Shown: positions 36,029 to 46,675, counted from the first letter of the stretch. The stretch: DNA of 64,000 nt from Nanobdellota archaeon (GCA_022561055.1 JADFRY010000001.1:57025-121024), one strand, 5' to 3'. The notes: generated by a model not told the origin, from the sequence alone. Program-made: numbers and translations.

Positions 36029-37027
36029 ACCCAAGTTCTTAAGGACTTCTGCTTTCTTGAAATCTTTTAAATCATTCATTCCCTGGCCAGTGCCTAAGAA
36101 GAAGATTGGTTTTTGAGTTATGTAAGAAACTGATAAAGCAGTTCCGCCTTTTTCATCTACATCTGCTTTGCTTAAGATTATACCGTCTATTCCGACAGCT
36201 TTATCAAATGTGCGGGCTTGTTCTGTCGCATCATTTCCCGTGATTGACTCTCCGACGAAGATTTTTAAATCAGGTTTGGAGACGCGAATTATTTTTTCCA
36301 TTTGTTTTAAGAGATTTTCTTTAGTATACATACGGCCTGCAGTATCTATGAGAACACATTTGATATGATTTTTTTCTGCATATTTTTTAGCATCGAATGC
36401 AACTGCTGCCGGGTCAGAACCATATTGATGTTTTATGACTTTTATTTTGAGATTAGTTGCGTGTTTTTCGAGTTGTTCTATAGAGGCTGCTCTGAATGTG
36501 TCTGATGCTGCCAAGACGCAAGAAATTTTTTCTTGTTTTAATTTGTAGGCAAGTTTTGCCATAGATGTTGTTTTTCCAGAACCGTTGATACCGAAGAAAA
36601 TTATTGTAAATGGATTTTTAGAAGAATTTTTTATTTGTTTTATTAAGTCTGGAGGCTCTATCAATACATTCGATATAGATTCTTTTAAGCTGTTGGTAAT
36701 TGTTTGTTCTATGTCTCCTTTTTTTGTTTCTATTCCTACGAGGTCTTTTGTTAAATCTTGGCGAATTTTGTCGACTACTTCTAGAGCCACATTGTTTTCT
36801 AAGAGAATTATCTCGAGGTCCTCAAAAATTAAGTCAATATGCTCTTGTGTTAAGGTTATTGTTTTTAATTTTATGGAGAGCTTTGCAAAAAGGCTTTTTT
36901 TCTCTGGCTCTATGAGTATTTTCTTTTTTTCTTTTTTCGGCTTTTCGCTAGGTTTTTTCTTTTCTGGCTTTTCTTTTTCTGATTTACCGAGCCAGGAGCT
37001 GAGTTTTTCTCTTAAGGATTTAAACAT
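36020..37027 (-). CDS. ftsY: signal recognition particle receptor FtsY
   Basis: 'FFGINGSGKTTSMAKLA', 'LIDTAGR', 'ILSKADVDEKGG'. Confidence 0.9.
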   Translation of the reverse strand: MFKSLREKLSSWLGKSEKEKPEKKKPSEKPKKEKKKILIEPEKKSLFAKLSIKLKTITLTQEHIDLIFEDLEIILLENNVALEVVDKIRQDLTKDLVGIETKKGDIEQTITNSLKESISNVLIEPPDLIKQIKNSSKNPFTIIFFGINGSGKTTSMAKLAYKLKQEKISCVLAASDTFRAASIEQLEKHATNLKIKVIKHQYGSDPAAVAFDAKKYAEKNHIKCVLIDTAGRMYTKENLLKQMEKIIRVSKPDLKIFVGESITGNDATEQARTFDKAVGIDGIILSKADVDEKGGTALSVSYITQKPIFFLGTGQGMNDLKDFKKAEVLKNLGLS

Positions 37028-37138
37028 GTTTTTATGAAGAGAGAGAAGGTTTTAAAAGATGTTGTTTTTTTACCCCTTCAAAGTATTTATGCTTTTTACA
37101 CTAACAAACTTTATTAAGTTAAACATGTTCTGAATGGC

Positions 37139-38392
37139 ATGAAAGGAATTTTTGTTGTTCTTGAAGGTGTTGCAGACGAGCCGTGCCAGAGTTTGGGGCA
37201 TATTACTCCTTTGCAGGCTGCTAAGACTCCAAATTTAGACCATTTAGCTAAGAAAAGTAGGATTGATTATTGTTATCCGGTTAAGGAAGGAGCTGTACCT
37301 GAATCGTCGAGTGCAATTGTTTCTTTGTTAGGGTATGATTCTAATTTTGCTCCGCGAGGGCCTTTAGAAGCAAGTGGCGCAGGAATTAAAATTGCTAGAG
37401 GAGATTTAGCTGTTAGGACTAATTTCGGAACGATTGACGGTTTGAGTAATAAGAATTTGCTTGATAGAAGGGCTGGCAGGACTTTAACAGGAAAGGAGAC
37501 GCAGATTTTAGCTAAAGCAATTAATGAAAAAGTAAAGTTACCTTTTAAATTTGAGTTTTATCCTACCTTACATCATAGAGGGGTTTTGGTTTTCAGGGGA
37601 GGGTTTTCAGATAATATTACTAATATTGACCAGAGTTATGGGCGAGGAGTTGCAAATTTGAATTCGACAGGGAAAGTCATTTTTTCAAAACCGATGGATG
37701 ATGAAGACGATAGTAAACTGGCTGCTGATTTGCTTAACAGATTTGCACGAGAGAGTCATGAGGTTTTGGATAAACATCCTTTAAATTTTAACAGGGCTAA
37801 GAAAGGAATGTATTCAGCTAATTTTATACTTTGTAGAGATGCTGGTAATGAGCCGATTCAATTTAAGAAACTTAGAGGAAGATGGAGAGCTCTTGTTTAT
37901 GCCCCTTTAGAAATAGGAATTGCTCAAGCTGCGAAAATGGACGTGTTTAAATTTTCCTATCCAAAAATGAAAGGAACCGATGTATATTCAAATCTTTATT
38001 CTGGGTTGAGGAAGGCGATTAAACACGCAATTAAAATGATAAAAAAGAGCAAGGACAAGTATGATTATTTTTATGTTCATTTTAAAGAGACTGATGTTCC
38101 TGGGCACGACAATAGGCCCTTGGATAAAGTAAAGATGATTGAATTGATTGATAAAAGATTTTTATCGTATTTGAGAAGATGTGTGGAAAAGAGTGGTTCT
38201 AAGCTAGTTATTACTGCAGACCATATTACTTCTTGTAGATTGAAATCACATTCTTCTGGTCCTGTTCCTGTTTTGTTTTATTCTCCTGAGGATGTTGAAG
38301 AGCAAGAGCAGAGGTTTACCGAGGAGCAAGGAATGAAAGGTAGAAAAATTATGGGCAGGAAGTTGTTAGAGAAGACATTATTTTCTAAGTGA
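37139..38392 (+). CDS. apgM: 2,3-bisphosphoglycerate-independent phosphoglycerate mutase, archaeal type
   Basis: 'FVVLEGVADEPC', 'HFKETDVPGHD', 'ITADHIT' metal-binding motifs of ApgM family. Confidence 0.75.
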   Translation: MKGIFVVLEGVADEPCQSLGHITPLQAAKTPNLDHLAKKSRIDYCYPVKEGAVPESSSAIVSLLGYDSNFAPRGPLEASGAGIKIARGDLAVRTNFGTIDGLSNKNLLDRRAGRTLTGKETQILAKAINEKVKLPFKFEFYPTLHHRGVLVFRGGFSDNITNIDQSYGRGVANLNSTGKVIFSKPMDDEDDSKLAADLLNRFARESHEVLDKHPLNFNRAKKGMYSANFILCRDAGNEPIQFKKLRGRWRALVYAPLEIGIAQAAKMDVFKFSYPKMKGTDVYSNLYSGLRKAIKHAIKMIKKSKDKYDYFYVHFKETDVPGHDNRPLDKVKMIELIDKRFLSYLRRCVEKSGSKLVITADHITSCRLKSHSSGPVPVLFYSPEDVEEQEQRFTEEQGMKGRKIMGRKLLEKTLFSK

Positions 38393-38497
38393 TTTTGGAG
38401 GAAAAGCATACAACTTTAGAAAGGGATTAGCATATTAGATTGTGCTTCATTCCTTCATCATAATAATAATTATAAACTTATTTTAGAGATTCTAGTT

Positions 38498-39055
38498 ATG
38501 TTGAGTTATAATGACCTATTTGAATATTTGCGGAAAGAGAAGTATAGTGAACAGTTACAGCCAGTTCCTAAGAATATTATTACGCAGTTTTCTGAGTATT
38601 TGAAAGAGAAAAAGAAGCAGTTTTCTTCTAGCGAGAGTGATATTTTTACTGACGATATGTTGAGGGAAAAGAAGCAATTTGAAAATGCTATTGTCATATT
38701 TAAGGAATTGATGTTGAGGCGTAAGAAAAAAATTCTGAATTTAGTTTTTGTTGCTGCTGAGACTGGAATTATGAAGAGGGATTTTACAGATATGCTTTCT
38801 TTTGAGCAGGAATTATTTGAGAAACTTGTGAAATCTGTGGAAGAAGGGGAAAATAAAATGAACGAGCTTTTAAATGGGAAAATGTTGAAGAGTGAGAATA
38901 AATTTATTATTATGAAAGAGAGTGTTGAGAATTTTGTTGGTATGTCTGGGGAAATTATAGGACCGTTTAACAAAGGGGAGTTAGTTAATATTGATTTTAA
39001 AATTGCAGATATTTTAGTTTCTGGTAAAAAAGCGATGTTTGTCGATGAGGAGTGA
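38498..39055 (+). CDS. GINS subunit-like protein (Gins51/Gins15 family candidate)
   Basis: N-terminal 'LFEYLRKEKYSEQLQPVPKNIITQFSEYL' resembles archaeal GINS A-domain. Confidence 0.35.
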   Translation: MLSYNDLFEYLRKEKYSEQLQPVPKNIITQFSEYLKEKKKQFSSSESDIFTDDMLREKKQFENAIVIFKELMLRRKKKILNLVFVAAETGIMKRDFTDMLSFEQELFEKLVKSVEEGENKMNELLNGKMLKSENKFIIMKESVENFVGMSGEIIGPFNKGELVNIDFKIADILVSGKKAMFVDEE

Positions 39056-39146
39056 AAATAACTATATTTATAAATTAAACTCCTTTGATGATTAATGGTA
39101 AAGTGGTTGGAGAATATTGCTATTGCGATGAGTTATTTGGAGGTAA

Positions 39147-40274
39147 TTGTTGATGAGAGGAAATTTAGTTAAAAAAGGAATTATATCTGTTTTTTTGGTT
39201 GTATTTATAATATACTTTATTCCAGGGGTAATTGCACCTTGTCCTGTAATTGTGGCTCCTCCACAAAAATTTATTGATCTTGATGATAATAATCGCGCAT
39301 TAATAGTTTTTAATGAAAAAGAAAATAAAGAAATTACAGTTATTGAACCAACTTTTCATGGAAATGCTCAAGATTTTGGAATGATAATTCCATTTCCTGA
39401 TAGACCAGAACTATCAGAAGCTGATGAAAATCTTTTTAATGAGCTTGAAGATTTAACAAATCCAATTATTGCTGGAGAGCTTGGCATTACCTCAACTGGT
39501 AGTAGTTTTAAAGATGTGGAGATTATTGAAGTGAAAGATGTTGGAGATTTTACAGCCACGGTTTTGACAGCTGAAAATACACTCGGTTTAATAAAATGGT
39601 TGAATGATAATAACTATGCCTTTCGGACAGGCGATATTGAGAATTTGGAATATTATGTAGATGAAGGAGGGTACTTTTTTGTTGTTTTAAAAGTAAATGT
39701 AGAAAAAGCAAAAGTAGATGAGAATGGAAATATTAATGGAAGACTTAGTCCAATTGAGTTCAGCTATAATTCTGATAAACCAATGTTGCGTATTAGAGTT
39801 ATGAGAAGCGATATGGAAGGTATGGGAGTCACACTTTATACACTTTCTGATTCACCATATTATGTTCCTGGAACAAAAATACTGTTTAGTAGGAAGCTGA
39901 CAGAATTTGATTTTGATGTGGCACCTACTTTAAAAAAATATGCTGTTTCTGGTGATTGGTTACTTAGAAGCGATATTAGATTTGATCCTCCAAATATAGA
40001 AAAAGATTCTTTCTTAAAAAAAGGAAATAATAATTTAATTATTGAGAGTCCTGATAAATTCAAAATTGTTGATCCTCATTTATTAACTAAAGAAAGAGGG
40101 ATATTGATTGCCAATGGTCCTATTTTATATCTTGAGGAAGAGGAAATAGGAGATTATTTCGATTATCTTAAAAGGGAAAAGTATGGGTTAATGGTCTTCT
40201 TGAATGGTCTTCTTTTTGGTATAATAATTGTTTTGATAGTTTTATTTATTAGGGGAAAGGATAGATATAAATGA
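39147..40274 (+). CDS. secreted protein with pilin-like N-terminal signal (LVKKG|IISVFLVVF) and C-terminal TM anchor
   Basis: N-terminal KKG + hydrophobic helix; C-terminal 'LLFGIIIVLIVLFIRGKDRYK'. Confidence 0.4.
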   Translation: MLMRGNLVKKGIISVFLVVFIIYFIPGVIAPCPVIVAPPQKFIDLDDNNRALIVFNEKENKEITVIEPTFHGNAQDFGMIIPFPDRPELSEADENLFNELEDLTNPIIAGELGITSTGSSFKDVEIIEVKDVGDFTATVLTAENTLGLIKWLNDNNYAFRTGDIENLEYYVDEGGYFFVVLKVNVEKAKVDENGNINGRLSPIEFSYNSDKPMLRIRVMRSDMEGMGVTLYTLSDSPYYVPGTKILFSRKLTEFDFDVAPTLKKYAVSGDWLLRSDIRFDPPNIEKDSFLKKGNNNLIIESPDKFKIVDPHLLTKERGILIANGPILYLEEEEIGDYFDYLKREKYGLMVFLNGLLFGIIIVLIVLFIRGKDRYK

Positions 40275-40349
40275 GGACTTATTTAATGCAATAGATGACG
40301 CTCTAAATCTTCTTAGTAGGTCCCTCTAACAAGATTTTCAATCTTGATA

Positions 40350-40449
40350 AGCCTGCAGAGGGAGTTGAACCCCCGACCTACTGCTCTCTTTTGAAGCTGA
40401 ATTTTGCTTTCAGTACAAGGCAGCCGCTCTACCACTGAGCTATGCAGGC
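40350..40449 (-). tRNA. tRNA-Thr (anticodon TGT) with 28-nt intron
   Basis: GCCTGCA-TA-GCTC-AGTGGTA-GAGC-G-GCTGC-CTTGTA[intron CTGAAAGCAAAATTCAGCTTCAAAAGAG]A-GCAGT..GGGGG-TTCAACT-CCCTC-TGCAGGC-T. Confidence 0.75.
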
Positions 40450-40494
40450 TTGATGTTATGAGAAAAAACAGGTATAAAAAACTTCTTGCGTGTT

Positions 40495-41136
40495 TTATTT
40501 TTTGTCTTCTTTTTGAGAAGTTTTATCAGAAGACTTTTCTTCTTTTTCTTTGTTGTTTTCTTTATTGGCTTTTTTTAAAGGCTTTTCTATTTTTTCCTTT
40601 ACTTTTATGAATCTAATTTCACATAATGCGAGAGGATATATTTTTTTTATTTTTAATGAGAGTGCTCTTTGCAATTTGTTTGTCATGATTTCAGAGAATA
40701 GTTCTTCGGAGTTTCTTATTCTTATGTAAGTGGTTAAATATTTTCTTGCTGTTTCTCTTATTGTTTTTCTGATTGCGCGCGAGACTTTTTTTCTTGTAAT
40801 CATGAATGGTTTTATTTGGAGTTTGGCATCTTTACATGTTACTTCAAATGAATCTTCAACATAGTCAGTACCACGCCTCATGACTCTTTTTATGTAAGAT
40901 GGCATTAGTTGTAAACTAGTTAAGTCTCCAGTTAGTTTTTCCCCTTTTAGTTTAACTTTTGCTCTTAATTCCAAGCTTTTTCCTCTTAGGCTTTTTGTTA
41001 AATCTAATTTAATTACACAACCTTCTAAATCTTCTGGAGAGTATCCATAGAGATGGATTTTTGTCGCAGTTAATGGTATCTTAACTTCAAAGAATTTTTT
41101 TCTGGCTCCTCTTTTTATTTTCTTTTTTATGACCAT
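40495..41136 (-). CDS. rps3ae: ribosomal protein S3Ae
   Basis: C-terminal 'SLKIKKIYPLALCEIRFIKV' (KKIYPL..EIR signature) and overall basic ~200 aa. Confidence 0.7.
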   Translation of the reverse strand: MVIKKKIKRGARKKFFEVKIPLTATKIHLYGYSPEDLEGCVIKLDLTKSLRGKSLELRAKVKLKGEKLTGDLTSLQLMPSYIKRVMRRGTDYVEDSFEVTCKDAKLQIKPFMITRKKVSRAIRKTIRETARKYLTTYIRIRNSEELFSEIMTNKLQRALSLKIKKIYPLALCEIRFIKVKEKIEKPLKKANKENNKEKEEKSSDKTSQKEDKK

Positions 41137-41137
41137 T

Positions 41138-41470
41138 TTACTTTGCTACTTTTTCTCCGATTTCTATGCGTGAAGTGCGGATTGCTTTTTTAATTCCTTT
41201 TGATTTTTTGCAGACTTTGCACGTGTATAAGATAGTTAGCCTTTTTGTCGATTTTGATTTTCTTTTCCATTTTGATATTGGAGGTCTGCTTCCCCATCTT
41301 CCTTTATTTCCATAACCTGAACGCACCCCTCTGGATTTGGCTCTTTTCATTGAACCCCATGATAATGGGTGTGCTGCAGAACGAGATTTCTGCTTTGCTA
41401 CGCTAATTTTTTGTCGAGTCATTAAGCGACAATACGGACAGTATCTATTTACTTCTGTTGGAAATTTCAT
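41138..41470 (-). CDS. rpl44e: ribosomal protein L44e
   Basis: 'MKFPTEVNRYCPYCRLMTRQKI' and C-terminal 'YTCKVCKKSKG' zinc ribbon; listed ORF extends 20 aa upstream to 41530. Confidence 0.65.
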   Translation of the reverse strand: MKFPTEVNRYCPYCRLMTRQKISVAKQKSRSAAHPLSWGSMKRAKSRGVRSGYGNKGRWGSRPPISKWKRKSKSTKRLTILYTCKVCKKSKGIKKAIRTSRIEIGEKVAK

Positions 41471-41714
41471 GAATTCACTCTGTTCATTTCTGATGTCCTC
41501 ACAATCTTTTAGGATTGCTAAGGGTTTCATAAATTATGGTGAGAGAATTTGGTTTAAAAAGTTATTGTTGATAGTTAGGTTTAATTTAAAGAATTATGTA
41601 GTAAATTCTTGAGATTATTTTTAGTTTATTATAGATAAATATTAAAAAGGGTGGAAATGTTTATAAAGAAATAAATATTATTTATCTATAATATATTTAT
41701 CATAAAGAGGAAAT

Positions 41715-43736
41715 ATGAATAAACAAGCAAAGAATGCGTTGTTGGGTGTTTTGATATTTGGAGTAACTTTATCTATTTTATTTTTGATGAGTTTTGTTTT
41801 AGCTGATTTTGCTAGTTGGTCAGCTGTTGCAGACGAAGGAAATATTACAACATTTAATGAAGATACACCTACTCTTTTAAACTTCACTGTAAATAATACA
41901 GGCACAGCCCACAATATTACATCGGTTAATATTACTCTTCCCACTAGTAGTTTGTCATTCAGCGATGGTTTTTTAATGAATCTTATTGCAACAGGTAATG
42001 TGCATTTAATAGTTAACACTTCATTTGATGTTTCAACTGCAAGTGCAAATTGGTCAAATAATACTAATGAGGGTTTTGGGGACCTTATTCCAAATTTAAC
42101 AAGTGCGGAATTCCAAATTAATATTTCTGGCACAGCTCCGGGTAAATATAATATTAGCGTTAAGATAACAGATGATGCTGGCGCCCAAACAGAGCGTAAT
42201 TTAACTATTCATGTAAATGACACAACTACACCATATTCAGTTACTTTTATGCCAACAAGTCCTGCTCAAACTGCAAATCTTTCAGTGAGAGAGGTTACAA
42301 TTAATGTTTCAGCGAATGATACGCACAGCGGGATTGGATCATTTAATATATCTTTATATCTTACAAATGAAAGTTCTACTGCTAATGGTGCAGCAAATTC
42401 AAGCATAATACATTCTGGAGGAGCTTTAAATGATACAGGGTATGTAAATTTCTCTGGGTCTCATTTAGTAGATGGGTTTTATATAATTAATATAACGAGT
42501 ATCAATGATAATCCTGATCTTATAAATTTAGGAACCAATAACACAAATTCTACAGGAGTTCAAAGGAATATAACTATAGATGCGACTCCTCCAACTACTG
42601 TTATTTTTAACTCTGACACAGATTCTGGAAATTTCTCAAAAAGAGAAGTTATAATTAATGCTTCTGCTAATGCAACTTACACAGGTATAGATACATTCAA
42701 CATATCCTTATACCTAACTAATGGAAGCAGTGTTGCAAATACAAGCATGGTAGAAGCTAATCATGCTCTTAACGCTTCAGGATATGTGAACTTCTCGGGA
42801 AGCCATTTAGTAGATGGGTTTTATTTGATAAATGTAACAGGAATTAATGATACTGCAAATAATGTTAATGTAACAGGAGTTCAACTAAATATCACAATAG
42901 ATACAGTAGCCCCATCAATTACTTTAGCTAAATCAAGCAGTTCTGATAAAAATAAACTAGTTATAGATATTGCAATAACTGATTCAACTAGCGGGGTTAA
43001 TGGAATAGCCTGTACTGCAACTGGAGGAGGCACAGGAAACATAGCTATTGGAGGGGGTTCTGACACCAGCCAGACAGCTACTCAAGAAGGGTTAAGCTGT
43101 AGTAGTTCTAATGTTTATACGATAAAATGTAAAGACCACGCTGGAAATACAGGAAGCAAAGAAGGAACATTTAGTACGGATAGTTGCAGTGGTGGTGGAA
43201 GTCCTGGCGGTAGCGGACCTGGCCCTGGAGGCTCTGAGTGGATAACTACTTTTATTGAAGATGATGAACCACTTGAGACAAGAGGAAGTATTACTAAAGA
43301 ATTAGCTGAAAGACATAGAGTTAAGATTAATGTGGTTGGAGTAGTACATTATATAGGTATTATAGCCGATGGATTAACTGGAACTAGTGCAACAATACAA
43401 GTTTCATCTAGTCATGAGCAAGAATCAACATTAAATATTGGAGAAACAGCAAAGGTTGATGTAAGTGATCCTATTGATAACGTGTATGACTTAAGTATTA
43501 CATTAAACTCAATTGAGAGTAATAAAGCATCTGTTACTGTTTTACCACTACAAGAATCATATCAAGCAGGAGAGCCATCGATAACACCATCTCCGCCAGA
43601 GGAGGAAGAAGAGATTGTTCCTGGAGAATTAGCTGGAGCAGCTAGAAGCTTGGCTTGGCTATGGATCTTAATCGTAGTTATTGGGATAGTAGTTGTAGTT
43701 TGGGTTGTTGTTAGAAAGAGGCAAAAAGCTGGATAA
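41715..43736 (+). CDS. surface (S-layer-like) glycoprotein paralog 1: signal peptide, N-x-S/T-rich, C-terminal TM anchor
   Basis: Signal MNKQAKNALLGVLIFGVTLSILFLMSFVLA; >40 NxS/T sequons; C-terminal 'LAWLWILIVVIGIVVVVWVVVRKRQ'. Confidence 0.6.
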   Translation: MNKQAKNALLGVLIFGVTLSILFLMSFVLADFASWSAVADEGNITTFNEDTPTLLNFTVNNTGTAHNITSVNITLPTSSLSFSDGFLMNLIATGNVHLIVNTSFDVSTASANWSNNTNEGFGDLIPNLTSAEFQINISGTAPGKYNISVKITDDAGAQTERNLTIHVNDTTTPYSVTFMPTSPAQTANLSVREVTINVSANDTHSGIGSFNISLYLTNESSTANGAANSSIIHSGGALNDTGYVNFSGSHLVDGFYIINITSINDNPDLINLGTNNTNSTGVQRNITIDATPPTTVIFNSDTDSGNFSKREVIINASANATYTGIDTFNISLYLTNGSSVANTSMVEANHALNASGYVNFSGSHLVDGFYLINVTGINDTANNVNVTGVQLNITIDTVAPSITLAKSSSSDKNKLVIDIAITDSTSGVNGIACTATGGGTGNIAIGGGSDTSQTATQEGLSCSSSNVYTIKCKDHAGNTGSKEGTFSTDSCSGGGSPGGSGPGPGGSEWITTFIEDDEPLETRGSITKELAERHRVKINVVGVVHYIGIIADGLTGTSATIQVSSSHEQESTLNIGETAKVDVSDPIDNVYDLSITLNSIESNKASVTVLPLQESYQAGEPSITPSPPEEEEEIVPGELAGAARSLAWLWILIVVIGIVVVVWVVVRKRQKAG

Positions 43737-43939
43737 GAGTTTTATTAATATATTAAAATACCAATAGATAAATTGGATTTGGAACAACAAGAATCAAAAA
43801 CTTTTTGGAAATATAAAGATTGTATTGCTGCATAATGGAGTAAAGAAAGATTTATAAATAAAAGATTTCTAATTACTATTATAAACATTAGGAATAAAAG
43901 AGGATCAAACGATTGATGATACATACAAAAAAATTAGTG

Positions 43940-45649
43940 ATGAATAAACAAGCAAAGAATGCGTTGTTGGGTGTTTTGATATTTGGAGTAACTTTATCTA
44001 TTTTATTTTTGATGAGTTTTGTTTTAGCTGTTCATCAAGTTTCCTTTGAGGATTGGAGAGCAGATGTAGATATTTCCGCTTTCGGCATAGATGAAGATAC
44101 TTATGTAGTGATTAATGTAACAGTTAATGATACGGACACTGGCTCTTTGGCCAACATAACGCAGGTAAACATCACTTTCCCTGCCGGGTTTATAATCGCT
44201 TCAACTTTTGACCTTAATTCAAATAATACTGATGCCGTAGCTGTAAATACTAAGACAGTTGGAATTAGTTTCACTAATACAACTCTTGGTGGAAGGTTTG
44301 TCTTTAGTTGGGAGAACCTTACTGGAGGAGTAATACAGAATTCAACTAGCTTAACTCACTTTTTGTTTAACGTGACCTCTGCTAAACCTGGCAAGTTTAA
44401 CATTACTGTTAGAACACTGAATTTCTCGACTTTCATAGAGACTAACCTTACTATTGTAATCAATGATACAACTATTCCAGCTAACAAAACATTTGAAAGT
44501 GCTCGTTCGTTTGGTGCAGGCTCTAACAATTCTCTAAATCACATATCTATTAACCTTAGTGTTGGAGATAATGCTTTTGCAGATACTGTGAGGTTCTTCT
44601 TGTGGAACTCTACTAATGATGTTATAAATCAAACTAATATTACTGTTGATGGGAGAGGAAGATTTGCTTGGATTAACATTTCCACAGTATCAGACAACAG
44701 TTCTCAAGGTATTAGTGACGGCACTTATAGAATAAATGCAACTGCAAACGACACTACCGGAAATGACAATGTAACTAGTGTGAACGGCGTTTCTAGAACA
44801 ATAATTATAGATACAGTAGCCCCAGAAATTACTTTAACTAAATCAAGCAGTTCTGATAAGAATAAACTAGTTATAGATATTGCAATAACTGATTCAACTA
44901 GCGGGGTTAATGGAATAGCCTGTACTGCAACTGGAGGAGGCACAGGAAACATAGCTATTGGAGGGGGTTCTGACACCAGCCAGACAGCTACTCAAGAAGG
45001 GTTAAGCTGTAGTAGTTCTAATGTTTATACGATAAAATGTAAAGACCACGCTGGAAATACAGGAAGCAAAGAAGGAACATTTAGTACGGATAGTTGCAGT
45101 GGTGGTGGAAGTCCTGGCGGTAGCGGACCTGGCCCTGGAGGCTCTCAGTGGATAACTACTTTTATTGAAGATGATGAACCACTTGAGACAAGAGGAAGTA
45201 TTACTAAAGAATTAGCTGAAAGACATAGAGTTAAGATTAATGTGGTTGGAGTAGTACATTATGTAGGTATTCTAGCTGATGGATTAACTGGAACTAGTGT
45301 AACAATACAAGTTTCATCTAGTCACGAGCAAGAATCAACATTAAATATTGGAGAAACAGCAAAGGTTGATGTAAGTGATCCTATTGATAACGTATATGAC
45401 TTAAGTGTTACATTAAACTCAATTGAGAGTAATAAAGCATCTATTACTATTTTACCAATACAAGAATCATATACTCTTGAAGAGGAAGAAGCAGCACCAG
45501 AAGAGGTGGAAGAAGGACCTCCTGCCCTTGGTCCTGAAGAATTAGCTGCTGCACCTAGAAGCTTGGCTTGGCTATGGATATTAATCGTAGTTATTGGGAT
45601 AGTAGTTGTAGTTTGGGTTGTTGTTAGAAAGAGGCAAGTAGCTAAATAA
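43940..45649 (+). CDS. surface glycoprotein paralog 2 (identical signal peptide and near-identical C-terminal 290 aa to paralog 1)
   Basis: Start moved to ATG 43940 (MNKQAKN..); C-terminal block from TVAP.ITL.KSSSSDKNKLVIDIAITD onward ~95% identical. Confidence 0.6.
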   Translation: MNKQAKNALLGVLIFGVTLSILFLMSFVLAVHQVSFEDWRADVDISAFGIDEDTYVVINVTVNDTDTGSLANITQVNITFPAGFIIASTFDLNSNNTDAVAVNTKTVGISFTNTTLGGRFVFSWENLTGGVIQNSTSLTHFLFNVTSAKPGKFNITVRTLNFSTFIETNLTIVINDTTIPANKTFESARSFGAGSNNSLNHISINLSVGDNAFADTVRFFLWNSTNDVINQTNITVDGRGRFAWINISTVSDNSSQGISDGTYRINATANDTTGNDNVTSVNGVSRTIIIDTVAPEITLTKSSSSDKNKLVIDIAITDSTSGVNGIACTATGGGTGNIAIGGGSDTSQTATQEGLSCSSSNVYTIKCKDHAGNTGSKEGTFSTDSCSGGGSPGGSGPGPGGSQWITTFIEDDEPLETRGSITKELAERHRVKINVVGVVHYVGILADGLTGTSVTIQVSSSHEQESTLNIGETAKVDVSDPIDNVYDLSVTLNSIESNKASITILPIQESYTLEEEEAAPEEVEEGPPALGPEELAAAPRSLAWLWILIVVIGIVVVVWVVVRKRQVAK

Positions 45650-45740
45650 GATATGCGCTAGATAAGTTTGTTATTTGGTTTAAAAAGTTATTGTTAGTAG
45701 TTATGTAAATTATTAAATAGTATGGGATGTTTTTTTCTTT

Positions 45741-46004
45741 ATGAATGAAGTAAGTGATGAAAGGAAAGAGGGTTTTGAGGATGGAAGAAAGTTTAGTGAA
45801 TTATGTAGAAATATTGTTGATTTAGATAGAATGATGGAGGAAGAAGCGCCTGTTTATGGAGAAAGAATTACATTTCTTTTGAGAGATGTTAATGAGTATT
45901 TAAGTCTTGCTCAGAAATATGGGATTGAGGAATCTAGAGAGATGACAAAGATTTTGGTAATAAAGAAAAGGCGCTTTGATTCAAGGGGGAATTCTTCTAA
46001 TTAG
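45741..46004 (+). CDS. hypothetical small protein
   Basis: ORF only. Confidence 0.3.
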   Translation: MNEVSDERKEGFEDGRKFSELCRNIVDLDRMMEEEAPVYGERITFLLRDVNEYLSLAQKYGIEESREMTKILVIKKRRFDSRGNSSN

Positions 46005-46272
46005 TTTTATTTCCTATCGAGAAATTTAGAATGTTTTTTAGGAAATCTGGGATGAACTGTTGGTTGTTAAGGTATCTGAATCCTATGTAAATTAAGAGTA
46101 TTATTATTGCGAATATAATCAAATTTTTCCATTTTATTCCTCTTTTTCTGTGTCGTTGTTGAAAAGAATAACCGCAGTTAGTGCAATATGTATCAGTAAT
46201 TTCTAATATTGCGCCACAGACAGGACAAAACTTGTTCTTTTTATGGGCTCGCCTCTTTTTGAATCTCACCAT
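45997..46272 (-). CDS. zinc-ribbon membrane protein
   Basis: 'CPVCGAIL..CTNCG' then TM helix. Confidence 0.4.
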   Translation of the reverse strand: MVRFKKRRAHKKNKFCPVCGAILEITDTYCTNCGYSFQQRHRKRGIKWKNLIIFAIIILLIYIGFRYLNNQQFIPDFLKNILNFSIGNKTN

Positions 46273-46312
46273 TATTTTAAGAGGCGAGGGATGTTTAAAA
46301 AGATTGGTAAAA

Positions 46313-46320
46313 CTTATATA
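46313..46320 (+). promoter_or_regulatory. TATA box (TTATATAA) ~28 nt upstream of tRNA-Val
   Basis: TATA-like octamer at canonical archaeal distance. Confidence 0.45.
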
Positions 46321-46347
46321 ATTGACGCGTTGTTATTATGTCAATTA

Positions 46348-46418
46348 GGCCTTGTAGTCTAGTGGTAAAATATTCCCTTGACGTGGGAAAGTCCGCAGTT
46401 CAATTCTGCGCAGGGCCA
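46348..46418 (+). tRNA. tRNA-Val (anticodon GAC)
   Basis: GGCCTTG acceptor pairs CAGGGCC; anticodon stem TTCCC/GGGAA loop TTGACGT; T arm CGCAG-TTCAATT-CTGCG. Confidence 0.8.
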
Positions 46419-46675
46419 TTTATCATTTAAGTCTAATTCAATCAGTGGTGGGCTATATTTTCTTAATTTTATAGTCTCTTAGTTACTAACTAACTTACTT
46501 AGTAATTTAGTAAGAAAGATTTATATATATGTACTTGGTTTCTCTATCCGGAGAGGTCTAATGAAGAAATACTTACTTCTGATAGAGGATGAGAAACTTT
46601 GGGTGAAGTTTAAGTCTATTATAAAAAAAGATATTAATACAGAGCTTATTGAGATGATAAGGAAAAAGACTAAAG

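Noticed and set aside
41470-41530. N-terminal 20-aa extension of L44e ORF (MKPLAILKDCEDIRNEQSEF)
   Set aside because: L44e proteins begin M-K-x-P; the internal Met at 41470 gives the canonical N-terminus.
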